Below, one piece after another: positions 20,776-30,343 of a stretch of DNA of 64,000 nt (its first letter is position 1; each line of letters begins with the position of its first letter). The notes beneath the pieces were generated by a model that did no database searches, had not been told where the DNA came from, and was given only the letters and a program-made list of their open reading frames with translations. The stretch spans positions 16,133 to 80,132 of the forward strand of contig CAZERF010000006.1 in NCBI GenBank assembly GCA_964515375.1. The letters are read 5' to 3'. The stretch comes from an uncultured Candidatus Saccharibacteria bacterium. GTDB lineage: Bacteria; Patescibacteriota; Minisyncoccia; Phycocordibacterales; UBA6899. A program made the position numbers and the translations under genes.

Positions 20776-22392
20776 CTATCGCCCCGAGGGTTTTTCGACA
20801 GAAACGAAAGGTGGCGTCGATGTTGCAACAAACACGCGATCACCGTCGCGCAAATAGAGATTTCCCGCGACGATGACCCTCTCGCCGTCCGACACTCCGC
20901 TTCCGAGCGCAGTCAGCATGTCGGTACGCTTGCCCGACTCAACAACGCGACGCACCGCAATCCCCTCTTTTTCAATAAAGACATACTCCGTTCCATATCG
21001 AGAAATAACAGCACGAGAGGGGACGACAACACCGTCAACCTCGGAGAGCGCGATCGTTACGCGCGCGAAGGATCCGGTACGCAATGCGCGGGTCGGATTT
21101 GCGATCGAAAACTCGATCATGACCTTACGACTCGACGGATCGACCGTCGGGGCGATCTTTGTAACTCGTGCGACAACAGGAGTCGACACTCCATCGATCT
21201 CGACCGATGCCTTTGTTTGCAAAGAAAGTTGAGACGCAAAAACATCCGGAACGCCGACACGCAGAAGCAGGGTTGAGTCGTCCGCGATAGTAAGAAGAGG
21301 TGTTCCGGGGGCAACAACAGAACCTCGTTCGGTGAATTTCTCGGTGATCACCCCGCTGTAAGGAGATCTGACGACACTACTAGAGAGCGCGGCCGTCGCG
21401 ACCTCCTCCTCTCCGCGCAACGCGACCAAAGAAGACTCGAGCTGCGCAAGTTGGGTATCTTTTTCCTTTTTGAGTACAGCGACACCGGAATCCGCATCGC
21501 GCAATCCACGAAGAAGCTCTTCGGCCTGAATACCAAATTCACCCACAACACGTTTGCGCTCAAAAAGTTCTCGTTCACTAAGACTCACGGAGACGATAGA
21601 ATAAAGAAGAACCTCGTACGTGTCATTCAAAACCGACTTTGTTTCTTCAAGAATACGACTTGCACGGTGAACACCCTCCGCGAGTTCTTCTTCATTCGGA
21701 CTCTTTCCCATGATCGTCACATCAAAGAAACGTTGGTATTCAATATTCTCAACCTGGTAAGAGGCAAGGTGTTCACGCGCAGCGATCTTTGCCGCACTTG
21801 AGCGAGCTCCGAGTTCAGTATCATAGGAAATCTCGGGTGTGATATGACGACCATCCCTCACTCCAAGTAGTGCGCCAAGCGTGTCGCTCACCTGATCGGA
21901 GAGCAGAGCGGTTGAGGTAAGAATCGCAATATTCCCCGTTGTTCCGCTCACTCCGCCGTACGAAGGAGATTCGGCGGTCTTGATACGCTCGCTATAGAGT
22001 TCTTCGAGTGTCGCAATGTTATTCTTTGTTGCGGAGATGTTTCCAGCGATGCTTGAAACAACAGCACGTTCGTTTGTAGCATCGAGCTCCACAAGCACCG
22101 AACCGGCGGAAACACGAGTACCGACGTCGGCACCAAGATAGGAAACCCGCCCCGGAGCTTTTGAGGAAAGCTCGGTCATCGAATTAGGAAGAAGGACGCC
22201 CGTAAAAGTACGATCAAGTGCAACCTTTTCACTTTTCGCGACAACGATCTCGACCGGAGAAGGAGGGCGCTCCGCAGATTCCTTTTCTTCACCGCCAAAC
22301 ACGAAGAAAGATCCGACAAGGGCGAAAAAAGCTATAGTGACAAGAGGTGCGGGGCGAAAAAGCATGGGCATGATCCTGTTCATGTTCATCAT
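20776..22392 (-). CDS. RND efflux periplasmic adaptor (membrane fusion protein) with a long coiled-coil
   Basis: N-terminal transmembrane helix. HlyD_3 / biotin-lipoyl-like and beta-barrel segments. Confidence 0.7.
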   Translation of the reverse strand: MMNMNRIMPMLFRPAPLVTIAFFALVGSFFVFGGEEKESAERPPSPVEIVVAKSEKVALDRTFTGVLLPNSMTELSSKAPGRVSYLGADVGTRVSAGSVLVELDATNERAVVSSIAGNISATKNNIATLEELYSERIKTAESPSYGGVSGTTGNIAILTSTALLSDQVSDTLGALLGVRDGRHITPEISYDTELGARSSAAKIAAREHLASYQVENIEYQRFFDVTIMGKSPNEEELAEGVHRASRILEETKSVLNDTYEVLLYSIVSVSLSERELFERKRVVGEFGIQAEELLRGLRDADSGVAVLKKEKDTQLAQLESSLVALRGEEEVATAALSSSVVRSPYSGVITEKFTERGSVVAPGTPLLTIADDSTLLLRVGVPDVFASQLSLQTKASVEIDGVSTPVVARVTKIAPTVDPSSRKVMIEFSIANPTRALRTGSFARVTIALSEVDGVVVPSRAVISRYGTEYVFIEKEGIAVRRVVESGKRTDMLTALGSGVSDGERVIVAGNLYLRDGDRVFVATSTPPFVSVEKPSGR

Positions 22393-22427
22393 AATTTTTA
22401 GAAGTAGTTATTCTTAATCACACACAC

Positions 22428-22652
22428 TCAATCTCTCGGGACACCGAGTCGGGCAAGAATCGCCGCCATCGTGCAAAACCCGGTGAGCGCAAAGACGATC
22501 TCTGCCCCCGCAACAAAAGCGGCAAGCAGGAGCCAAAGGTCGTTCGCAGTCACGAGATAGGCGCCGAGAGAAATAAGTACGAGTATCCCCGCAAAAAGAA
22601 AGACGAGGCGGGTAACATGCCAACGAGATGTGTTCATCTTGTAGATGCTCAT
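22428..22652 (-). CDS. DUF2892 (YgaP-like) small membrane protein
   Basis: Two transmembrane helices. TGFCTMAAILARLG resembles the DUF2892 TGFCP motif. Confidence 0.5.
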   Translation of the reverse strand: MSIYKMNTSRWHVTRLVFLFAGILVLISLGAYLVTANDLWLLLAAFVAGAEIVFALTGFCTMAAILARLGVPRD

Positions 22653-22665
22653 AGCGATTTGATCA

Positions 22666-22947
22666 TTATTTGGTTAATTCGGAAAGGATGCCTTCAACCT
22701 CAAGTTTCTTTTGACGAGGAAGATCGTCAATACCGATACATTGTTTGAGATGAGATTCCAAGAAGATCGTAAGTGAACGGTCAAGACCCGCACGCGCGGC
22801 CTTGAACTGAGTCAACACCGAAAGACAATCCTCTTTTCTTTCCACCATACGCGCGACTCCGTCGATCTGTCCGCGTACATTATTGAGTCGCCGCAAGAGT
22901 CCCGCCGTAGCGACTTCATCGGTTATTTCAGGTTTCCCTTTTTTCAT
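22666..22947 (-). CDS. CsoR/RcnR-family metal-sensing transcriptional repressor
   Basis: LRRLNNVRGQIDGVARMVERKEDC…ESHLKQC carries the Cys-His-Cys metal-binding residues typical of Cu-sensing CsoR. Confidence 0.7.
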   Translation of the reverse strand: MKKGKPEITDEVATAGLLRRLNNVRGQIDGVARMVERKEDCLSVLTQFKAARAGLDRSLTIFLESHLKQCIGIDDLPRQKKLEVEGILSELTK

Positions 22948-22964
22948 ATGTATGCTATTGTATA

Positions 22965-22985
22965 TGACACCCCCCAGGGGTGTCA
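22965..22985. promoter_or_regulatory. Perfect 9-3-9 inverted repeat TGACACCCC-CCA-GGGGTGTCA. Candidate CsoR operator in the csoR / peroxiredoxin divergent promoter region.
   Basis: Seen in the sequence immediately upstream of csoR. The GC tract flanked by an inverted repeat resembles known CsoR/RcnR operators. Confidence 0.5.
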
Positions 22986-23148
22986 ATATTGCACGGAGCA
23001 TACCACTCCGATACAATAAATGATACGGATCATCTCCCTATTTTTGATGGCCAACGACTGGCCGAGGTCAAAGTGCCACGGAGTGGCGCAGGAGCATGAT
23101 CCTCTGTATCAATCTTATTCAATTTTTATTCATTCATCATTCACTACT

Positions 23149-23691
23149 ATGTCGGAACACACATTCCCCACACAGGTTCCCGAGGTCACCTTTAAGACCC
23201 GCGTGCGCGACGAATCGGTCGAAGGACCGAACCCGTTCCGTTGGCAAGACGTAACGAGCAACGAGATCTTCAAAGGAAAGAAGGTCGTGCTCTTCGCGCT
23301 CCCCGGCGCCTTTACCCCTACCTGCTCATCGACTCACCTTCCCGGATACGAGGCGAAGTATGATGAGCTCAAGGCGCTTGGTGTCGACGAAGTGATCTGC
23401 CTCTCCGTCAACGATGCCTTCGTCATGTTCCAATGGGGCAAGGCTCAGGATGTAAAGAAAGTCAAAATGCTCCCCGACGGATCTGGAGACTTCACCCGAA
23501 AGATGGGCATGATGGTCAAAAAGGACAACCTCGGCTTTGGCGAGCGCTCATGGCGCTACAGCATGTTCGTCGATGACGGCGCGATCAAGAAGATCTTCGC
23601 GGAACCGGGCATGGAAGACAACTGCCCGACCGACCCCTTCGAGACAAGCGATGTCGATACAATGATCACCTATCTCAAAGAGAATCAGTAG
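23149..23691 (+). CDS. Peroxiredoxin (Prx5-like / AhpC-TSA family)
   Basis: GKKVVLFALPGAFTPTCSSTHLPGY carries the peroxidatic Cys motif. Confidence 0.8.
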   Translation: MSEHTFPTQVPEVTFKTRVRDESVEGPNPFRWQDVTSNEIFKGKKVVLFALPGAFTPTCSSTHLPGYEAKYDELKALGVDEVICLSVNDAFVMFQWGKAQDVKKVKMLPDGSGDFTRKMGMMVKKDNLGFGERSWRYSMFVDDGAIKKIFAEPGMEDNCPTDPFETSDVDTMITYLKENQ

Positions 23692-23695
23692 AAAA

Positions 23696-23725
23696 TAAAA
23701 AAACCGCTCAATAGAGCGGTTTTTT
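23696..23725. terminator. Bidirectional rho-independent terminator
   Basis: aaaaaaccgctc-aata-gagcggtttttt. Confidence 0.6.
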
Positions 23726-23738
23726 GTTGTCCGATGTT

Positions 23739-24530
23739 TTATTCGGATCTTTCACCATTACGACCGGCGAATGCGTCAAGGATGATATCAAAGATGTCCG
23801 GAATGCCGAGCCCAGCGGCAATCGTCGCCTGAGTGGTTGTGGTCGACATTCCTTCAGAAAGCGCCTTACGTTCCGCGGCGAGCGCACGCGCGATGTTTGC
23901 ACGCAGAGACTCCTTGCTCACTTCCTTCTTCATGAAGATGTGGTACCAAGGATAAGTGATCTCAACCGCATCATCGGAAGCGACACGCGCGCGAGCGGAA
24001 ACGTTCGTACGGAAAATTCCTAAAAACTTGGCGGGCTGCGCGTACTCTACTTCAACAAGACCCTCCTTCACCTCCACGCCACGGAGATTTGCATCCGCGC
24101 GCGCCTTGCCACGAATAAACTCTTCGAGATCGGCTTGCGTACGCACTTCGCTTCGCACGCGGACAGGGGTCGCCGATGCCGTCTCTTCGCCTTCATCCAA
24201 ACGAAGGCGAAGCTCGACACGATCAAGTGCTCCTTGCCCGGATTCATTAGCCCGCAGTTGTGCCTGATCAATACCGACCCCCGCAGCCTCGGCCCGTACT
24301 TCTGCACGAATCGGCTCGCCGTTCGCACGCAAGGTGGCCCCCGCTTCTTTGCGTGTTTCTTGTTCCTTTCTCATTTGAAAAGGGGATTCCTCCGACTCGA
24401 GATCGAGACGCACCGGAACCGCGTTCTCCACAACAACATTCCCCATCCCCTCAACGACGAGTTGCGCGGACGCAACGGAAGGGAGAAAAACAAAAAGCGC
24501 CAACGCACTCATTAGATATGTCTTTTCCAT
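23739..24530 (-). CDS. Secreted hypothetical protein (263 aa) with a signal peptide and a charged, Ala/Arg/Glu-rich sequence
   Basis: N-terminal MSALALFVFLPSVASA. Confidence 0.5.
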   Translation of the reverse strand: MEKTYLMSALALFVFLPSVASAQLVVEGMGNVVVENAVPVRLDLESEESPFQMRKEQETRKEAGATLRANGEPIRAEVRAEAAGVGIDQAQLRANESGQGALDRVELRLRLDEGEETASATPVRVRSEVRTQADLEEFIRGKARADANLRGVEVKEGLVEVEYAQPAKFLGIFRTNVSARARVASDDAVEITYPWYHIFMKKEVSKESLRANIARALAAERKALSEGMSTTTTQATIAAGLGIPDIFDIILDAFAGRNGERSE

Positions 24531-24580
24531 ATCTTTTAATTATACCACAAAAGAGCACACATTGGAATGCAGCGCGAAGG

Positions 24581-25705
24581 TCATTCCGCTCGTGGAGCAT
24601 TGCGCGCGCGCATACTCGCAAAGGCGTATGCCGCGAGTATCGTGGTAATCGGGACCGTAAGCGCGAGCCCGATCGACCCGACCAAGGTGCGCACGATCTC
24701 CGTCGCGATGATCTCGTGATTCAGCACCTGTTCGGTGTTCCAAAACGGCGCTTCTTGGAAACGAAAGAGGAGGAGGAGCGGAAGTGATGCACCGGCATAT
24801 GCCAAAAAGAGCGTGTTAACCATCGAGGCAATATGATCGACACCGACCCGCATCGCACGACGAAAGAGTTCGCGACGCGAAAGTGTCGGATCTGCTCGTT
24901 GAAGCTCAACAACAACAGAGACCTGTGAAACAGCCAGGTCATCAAGTACACCGAGTGTTCCCACAATAAAACCAGCAAGGAGTAAACCTTCGAAGTTGAT
25001 CGCACCCCCGAGCAGTCCGGCGAGGAACATTGTCTCCTCTGCGGCGTAGCCCGAAAGACGCGCAAGATGTGTAAAGACAACCGAAAGGATACCAACAATG
25101 ACCGTCCCCGCAAACATCCCCGCGATCGCAACCGTCGCCTTCTTATTGAATCCGTAGACCATATAAGTAGAGACAAGGACAATGACTGTCGCATATCCAA
25201 GCGAGACAAACACGGGGTCATGTCCGGCAAGAATGCCAGGGATGATACCGGCGGTGATCACAAAAAAACTAAACACGAGTCCAAACAATGCGCGAATGCC
25301 ACGCATGCGACCGATCGCCAGAATGACGAGCACAAAGAGAAATCCGAGGAAAAAGAGGGGGCGAAGACGAGCGATATCAGTGATCACAAAAAGAGCGGAC
25401 CCGTCCTCCCCTTCTTCCGCAAGCACAAAAACCTCGTCGCCGGCACGATGAAGTATCTTTGTGTCCGCTTGACGGGCGATTCCATCAATAAGAAATTCCT
25501 TCCCTTCATAGTCTCCATCAAGACCGACAAGCTTCAACGTCTGGAACGTTGTTGCGACTCCGGGAAGCGTCTCCCCGCGCTCTTCTGCGACAACCTCAAT
25601 GATGCTCGCACGGAAAGGCGCGACGGAAGCACCTCCTTCAGCGAATGCAAAGAGTGGAAAAACAATAAAGGAGACCACGAGTGCAATACGCCATTTTATT
25701 TGCAT
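24581..25705 (-). CDS. YibE/F-family polytopic membrane protein
   Basis: Signal peptide plus a periplasmic domain followed by multiple transmembrane helices. Topology is YibE/F-like. Confidence 0.5.
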   Translation of the reverse strand: MQIKWRIALVVSFIVFPLFAFAEGGASVAPFRASIIEVVAEERGETLPGVATTFQTLKLVGLDGDYEGKEFLIDGIARQADTKILHRAGDEVFVLAEEGEDGSALFVITDIARLRPLFFLGFLFVLVILAIGRMRGIRALFGLVFSFFVITAGIIPGILAGHDPVFVSLGYATVIVLVSTYMVYGFNKKATVAIAGMFAGTVIVGILSVVFTHLARLSGYAAEETMFLAGLLGGAINFEGLLLAGFIVGTLGVLDDLAVSQVSVVVELQRADPTLSRRELFRRAMRVGVDHIASMVNTLFLAYAGASLPLLLLFRFQEAPFWNTEQVLNHEIIATEIVRTLVGSIGLALTVPITTILAAYAFASMRARNAPRAE

Positions 25706-25751
25706 ATGAACATCGTATCAAGCGGTACCAGCAAGTTCAACCTGCAAAATA

Positions 25752-27074
25752 TTAACCGAACATCAACCACTCGGGTCTAAAGATAAGAGAGAGCCCGACC
25801 ATGATCATCAAGAGTCCTCCGACAAGACGAGAAGCTCCGACATATTTTGTCGTAAACCCGGTCAAACGGAGAGTTGTCATTGCAACGGCGAACACAAAGA
25901 GATCGTCGAGCATGAAGAAAAATATATAGAGAACAATATAAAAATAGTACTGTAAAGTCGAAAGATCATTAAGCACCAGAACCTGACTAAAGACAGCAGG
26001 AAGTCCAGCGGAGCAGACAAGTTCAACAAGATTAACAACGAACGCCAACCCAATGATCCCGACGGAAGCAAGAAAAAGCTGATGATTCGCGACAACACCT
26101 TTCATTCTTGCCATGATCGTCCGCTTTTGTCCCGGGTTCGTCACCTTGCAAGTACCCTCTTTGTTCACACGATATTCCCAAAGACTGTATACTCCTCCTC
26201 CAAGTGCAAGCATTCCGATCGCGATCCGAATGAAGGAAATGAAACCCAAAAAGATAATAAGATGGAGCCATGCCGCCATGAAGAGGAAATACACGACCGC
26301 AGAGGTTGCGATAAAAAGAGTCCCGAGAATCCACATTCGACGGCGATCGCGCATCTCAAGAAGAAGTCCGACTAGAAAAACAAGCGCCCACATCGCGCAT
26401 GGGTTGAACCCGTCAAGCGCACCCAGTGTAACCGCGAGAAGAGGAAGGGAGAATTGTGATGCGTCCATATCCCCGAACAACGGAAGCGAGAGTGGGATCC
26501 TTGGAGCAGAAACGTCAATCTCTCGAGATTCTTCCTCCGGAGGAACCGGGGATTCCTTATGCATTTCTTCCGGCTCGGTCGCGAGCAATGTCGGATCTTC
26601 CAAGATGTCACTCGATGAAATGACAGCAACGGGAGATTCTGAGACTTTTGTCTCGGGAAGAAAGACTGCGACCACGTCACGACAAGAGGCCGAGGCACAC
26701 TCTAAAATGGCGGAACGAATCTCTTCGGATGTCACTCCCTCCGCGTAACCCACCATGGAGCGTTCTCCAATAACAAGGAACGGGACGCCATTCACCGTGG
26801 CCCCCACTTCTCGAGCGACAGCACCCATCAACGACACATTCGACGGGCTCTTGTAGACCTCAAATTCCCGAATAACAAGATCGGGAAACTCTTCGCGCAG
26901 AGGACCATACAAGAATGTCTTTTCCTTCAGACAATGAGGACATCCCTCTCCATAAAAAAGATACGCAGTGGGAAGTTCGCTCGCAAAAGAAAAAGCAGGA
27001 AACAATAGCCAAATAAAAAACAACACCGCAATGACATATTTCGATCGGTGATGAAGTGACATAAAAAGATTCAT
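25752..27074 (-). CDS. Thioredoxin-fold (CPHC) domain fused to a CcdA/DsbD-like transmembrane thiol-disulfide transporter domain
   Basis: YGEGCPHC is a CxxC motif. Transmembrane region with LDGFNPCAMW, the CcdA-type Cys motif. Confidence 0.6.
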   Translation of the reverse strand: MNLFMSLHHRSKYVIAVLFFIWLLFPAFSFASELPTAYLFYGEGCPHCLKEKTFLYGPLREEFPDLVIREFEVYKSPSNVSLMGAVAREVGATVNGVPFLVIGERSMVGYAEGVTSEEIRSAILECASASCRDVVAVFLPETKVSESPVAVISSSDILEDPTLLATEPEEMHKESPVPPEEESREIDVSAPRIPLSLPLFGDMDASQFSLPLLAVTLGALDGFNPCAMWALVFLVGLLLEMRDRRRMWILGTLFIATSAVVYFLFMAAWLHLIIFLGFISFIRIAIGMLALGGGVYSLWEYRVNKEGTCKVTNPGQKRTIMARMKGVVANHQLFLASVGIIGLAFVVNLVELVCSAGLPAVFSQVLVLNDLSTLQYYFYIVLYIFFFMLDDLFVFAVAMTTLRLTGFTTKYVGASRLVGGLLMIMVGLSLIFRPEWLMFG

Positions 27075-27367
27075 GAGTGCGAATAAGGAACATCAATAAA
27101 AAGAGGGTGCCCGTCGGCGAGTGCGCGCGCGATTTTGATCGCGGCGCGTTCAAGCATGCGCTGGTAGGTGCTCTGTGAGGTCCCCATGTGAGAAGCCGCA
27201 CTCTCCTGCCCCATACCCTCAAGATGCCGCAGACGGAACGCTTCGAACTCCTCCGTCGAAAGTCTTATCTCCAGATTTTTGCGCGCCAACATTCCGCAAG
27301 GACGAAAACAACGCTCCACGGGGGAGAAATCGACCTGTTCACAAAGACATTTCTTTGGTCTAGGCAT
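27071..27367 (-). CDS. DUF134 (UPF0251) putative DNA-binding protein
   Basis: MPRPKKCLCEQVDFSPVERCFRPCG…EEFEAFRLRHLEGMGQESAASHMGTSQSTYQRMLERAAIKIARAL matches the DUF134 signature. There is a 4-nt overlap with the downstream gene. Confidence 0.6.
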   Translation of the reverse strand: MPRPKKCLCEQVDFSPVERCFRPCGMLARKNLEIRLSTEEFEAFRLRHLEGMGQESAASHMGTSQSTYQRMLERAAIKIARALADGHPLFIDVPYSHS

Positions 27368-27639
27368 GGTGCATGTCTCCTCTGCCCAAAGAAGACAGGA
27401 GGATAATATTTTGAGTATATACCCAATATCAAGCGCGTCAACATCAGCATGATCACGTTCAATATAAAAACGTCTTATGGGTGCAGAATATGGGAATGAA
27501 AAATAATCACCCCACACAAGAAAATACACATACTTTTTCTTCGCGGTCCACTCCGGAATGTCGGAGGGAGAAGCCGTGGCAATTGGATTCACGACGCTCG
27601 TGCTTGCAAGCATACTTCTGATCGCAGTCAATCTTTCAT

Positions 27640-27648
27640 GGGGGGGGG
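27640..27648. repeat. G9 homopolymeric tract inside an AT-rich intergenic island
   Basis: catggggggggggaaat; counted directly. Confidence 0.9.
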
Positions 27649-27923
27649 AAATTTGCTCTCCAGTCACTCCGAGTCAAGAATGCCGCTCTCCGGATCATGC
27701 TTGCGACATCAGTCACTCTACTTCTTACCATTCTCTATGTCCCCTTCCTTGCCGATACCTTCCACCCTTGGCCCAACTCGAATGAGAAGAGCTTGTTATG
27801 GTCACTCTCGTCGCGTTTGGGAGCCTCATATGGTTCGAGATCGGAAAATGGTACCACCGCTCACGAGTCGCCATGTAGTCAAAGGAAAAAACCTCTCCAT
27901 CCGGAGAGGTTCCCTCGTGTGAA

Positions 27924-28865
27924 TCAGCGAAAATGCATGATCGTCCCATCGGAGAGCACAAGCTCAAGCATTCCCTTTGACGTAAAACGATATTGAACAG
28001 TCTTCTCTAGAAGTCCCGTGTACACCTGCTCTTCGGAACCTTCGCAATACATCTGTGTTGAAAACATTGGTCCGAATGAGAGGGCACCCGAAATCCCCTC
28101 CGTATACTCCGCCCCCGCCCCGTTGCAGTCTGTCGACGCAGAGAATCTCTTTTCCGCTCCAAACTGCGCTGTGAAGCGCCCAACTGCTCGAGGTGTAAAC
28201 GTCTTCCCATCCGCATAGGTCACCCCTTCCCACACCCATGTCTTCATGGCAAGCGTCATACGGGAAGGATCTGCCTCTCCTTCAAAGTTCTCCGCAACAA
28301 CACCAAATTGCATGTCAGTCGGATCAAGGATGATGCGGAGTGTCTTGCCGATCGAAGGCGCAACGGAGAAAGGTTCATCCTCCCCGCGCACGGCATAATT
28401 TACAAGCACAATATTCCCTCCTCCGTCGTTGATTGTCTGCGGCGCGATGCGATCACCAAGAAATACCGCATGACTTCCGGAGAATGTACCATCCGGACGA
28501 GTGAGCGCGGCAACCACATAATAGAATGTTCCCGACCCTCCGCCGTCCTGCGTGACAAGGAACACCAGATCAGAGAGACCGTCTCCATTAAGATCCTTTG
28601 CAAGTTCATTCCCGAAATAACGAGTCGTAACGGAGGACGCGGAACCGGGAGCCGCCGGCTCGACCGAAACACCATCACGGAGCGTGACCGGTCGACCGTC
28701 AATGAAATACATCGCGTCTTTGGGAGAGTGCGAGGAAGATGCGCGTGACGCTTCTTTTGAAGGGTCTTGGTCCACCTGCTTCCCGTCTGAAAGAATAAGT
28801 ATGGAAAAGATCACAAGAAAAAGTGCAAAAATAAAAGAGAGGATCGCGACGAGTTTGGTATTCAT
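27924..28865 (-). CDS. Secreted protein with a C-terminal META/HslJ-like domain
   Basis: Signal or transmembrane helix. C-terminus MKTWVWEGVTYADGK…FSASTDCNGAGAEYT… is META-domain-like. Terminator at 27885-27912. Confidence 0.55.
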   Translation of the reverse strand: MNTKLVAILSFIFALFLVIFSILILSDGKQVDQDPSKEASRASSSHSPKDAMYFIDGRPVTLRDGVSVEPAAPGSASSVTTRYFGNELAKDLNGDGLSDLVFLVTQDGGGSGTFYYVVAALTRPDGTFSGSHAVFLGDRIAPQTINDGGGNIVLVNYAVRGEDEPFSVAPSIGKTLRIILDPTDMQFGVVAENFEGEADPSRMTLAMKTWVWEGVTYADGKTFTPRAVGRFTAQFGAEKRFSASTDCNGAGAEYTEGISGALSFGPMFSTQMYCEGSEEQVYTGLLEKTVQYRFTSKGMLELVLSDGTIMHFR

Positions 28866-29005
28866 GGCAACGTGTCAAATAGAGAGTAATAAGAAGGAGA
28901 ATGAACCCCTTATGTCACCAATAACACCGTCTCACTGAGAACGTGACAATCAGTCTTGAATGCGGGGCAGATTCTCTTCGATATCAAACATGTTATAATC
29001 CTCAC

Positions 29006-29437
29006 ATGAACGAAGAAACAACGATCCTCCTCGTCGAAGACTCTGCGCTCTTGCGTGCAGTGGTCGCCGATGCACTCAGTGCCGAACATTACAAGATCCT
29101 CGAAGCGGAGAACGGTCAGATCGGTCTTGAGACCGCACTCCGTGAACACCCTGATCTTATCATGCTCGATGTCATGATGCCCGTCATGGGCGGCGTCGAA
29201 GCCCTTTCACTCTTACGCAAGGACCCGTGGGGCGCGACCGTTCCCGTCATCATTTTGACCGGAACACGCGACGAACGCCTGATCGAGGAACTCAAGTCTG
29301 ACGCGCGCGTTGACTTTCTCCTCAAGGAAAATTGGATGATGGACGAAGTGATCAATCACGTGAAAAAAGGACTCGACATGCGCGACAAACATGGACTCGA
29401 CACGATCGTCGCACACGTCAAGGAAGGCCTCCAGTAA
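29006..29437 (+). CDS. Stand-alone response regulator receiver (CheY-like) protein
   Basis: ILLVEDS…LIMLDVMMPVMGG…VIILT are the receiver-domain Asp pocket residues. TATAAT ends 6 nt before the ATG, so it is possibly leaderless. Confidence 0.75.
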   Translation: MNEETTILLVEDSALLRAVVADALSAEHYKILEAENGQIGLETALREHPDLIMLDVMMPVMGGVEALSLLRKDPWGATVPVIILTGTRDERLIEELKSDARVDFLLKENWMMDEVINHVKKGLDMRDKHGLDTIVAHVKEGLQ

Positions 29438-29440
29438 AAA

Positions 29441-29468
29441 AGAACGCCCCAACGGGCGTTCTTTTTTG
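29441..29468. terminator. Bidirectional terminator
   Basis: aagaacgccc-aac-gggcgttctttttt. Confidence 0.6.
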
Positions 29469-29484
29469 CAACAACAAAACTCAT

Positions 29485-30231
29485 CTAGCGCAAGACCCAG
29501 CCACCGTCAACAATAAGCGATTGTCCTGTGATGTAGCTCGCGCCCTCCGATGCGAGAAAGACCGTTGCGGCGGCAATATCCTCGGGCTGCCCCTGTCGAG
29601 CGAGGGGAATCATGGCGAGTGTTTGCTTCAGCACTTCATCGCTTTGCGCCCCACCTGCTCCGGGTGTCGCAATAGCACCGGGCGCGACCGCGTTGACGGT
29701 GATCTTCTTCTTGGCAAGTTCAAGCGCAAGCGCGCGAGTGAATCCGTTCACGCCCGCTTTTGACGCGCAGTAGTGCGTGAGGCCCTCAAACCCGATCACC
29801 GATGCGACCGAGGAGATATTCACGATGCGACCACCTTCGGGAAGCACCTTTGCCGCCTCACGCGCGGTCAAATAGACACCCTTCATGTTTACATCCATCA
29901 CCTTTTGCCAATCACCCTCCTCCATCGCTTCGAGTGAAAGGAACGGGAAGATCCCAGCATTGTTCACCAAGACATCAACATGTCCGAATGTTTCGACCGC
30001 CTTCGCAAAAAGTGCCGCGACATCATCCTTTGAGGAGACATCGCAACGCATGGGAAGCGCGCGAACACCCAGACCCTCAACCTCACGCGCAACATTGACG
30101 CATGAAGTCTCGTTCATGTCGGCCACCACCACATGCGCTCCTTCGGATGCGAACGCATGCGCGATACCTCTCCCTATTCCCTGCCCCGCACCAGTAACAA
30201 CAACGACCTTGTCCTTCAATTGTGTATTCAT
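29485..30231 (-). CDS. Short-chain dehydrogenase/reductase (FabG-like)
   Basis: TGAGQGIGRGIA plus YCASKAG, the catalytic Y-x3-K. Confidence 0.8.
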   Translation of the reverse strand: MNTQLKDKVVVVTGAGQGIGRGIAHAFASEGAHVVVADMNETSCVNVAREVEGLGVRALPMRCDVSSKDDVAALFAKAVETFGHVDVLVNNAGIFPFLSLEAMEEGDWQKVMDVNMKGVYLTAREAAKVLPEGGRIVNISSVASVIGFEGLTHYCASKAGVNGFTRALALELAKKKITVNAVAPGAIATPGAGGAQSDEVLKQTLAMIPLARQGQPEDIAAATVFLASEGASYITGQSLIVDGGWVLR

Positions 30232-30343
30232 AGAAGAAAATTAATTTTCAATACATGAAGTATAACAAATAGAGACCAAAATAGTCGCATCGGCTCACGG
30301 TGATATGTTCGATTTTTCTAAAAAAAGCGGTGCGTCCGATGAT

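Noticed and set aside
28866-29005. Inverted repeat TGTCAC-N24-GTGACA upstream of the response regulator as a specific operator
   Set aside because: Short 6-bp arms with a long spacer are easily found by chance in GC-rich DNA.
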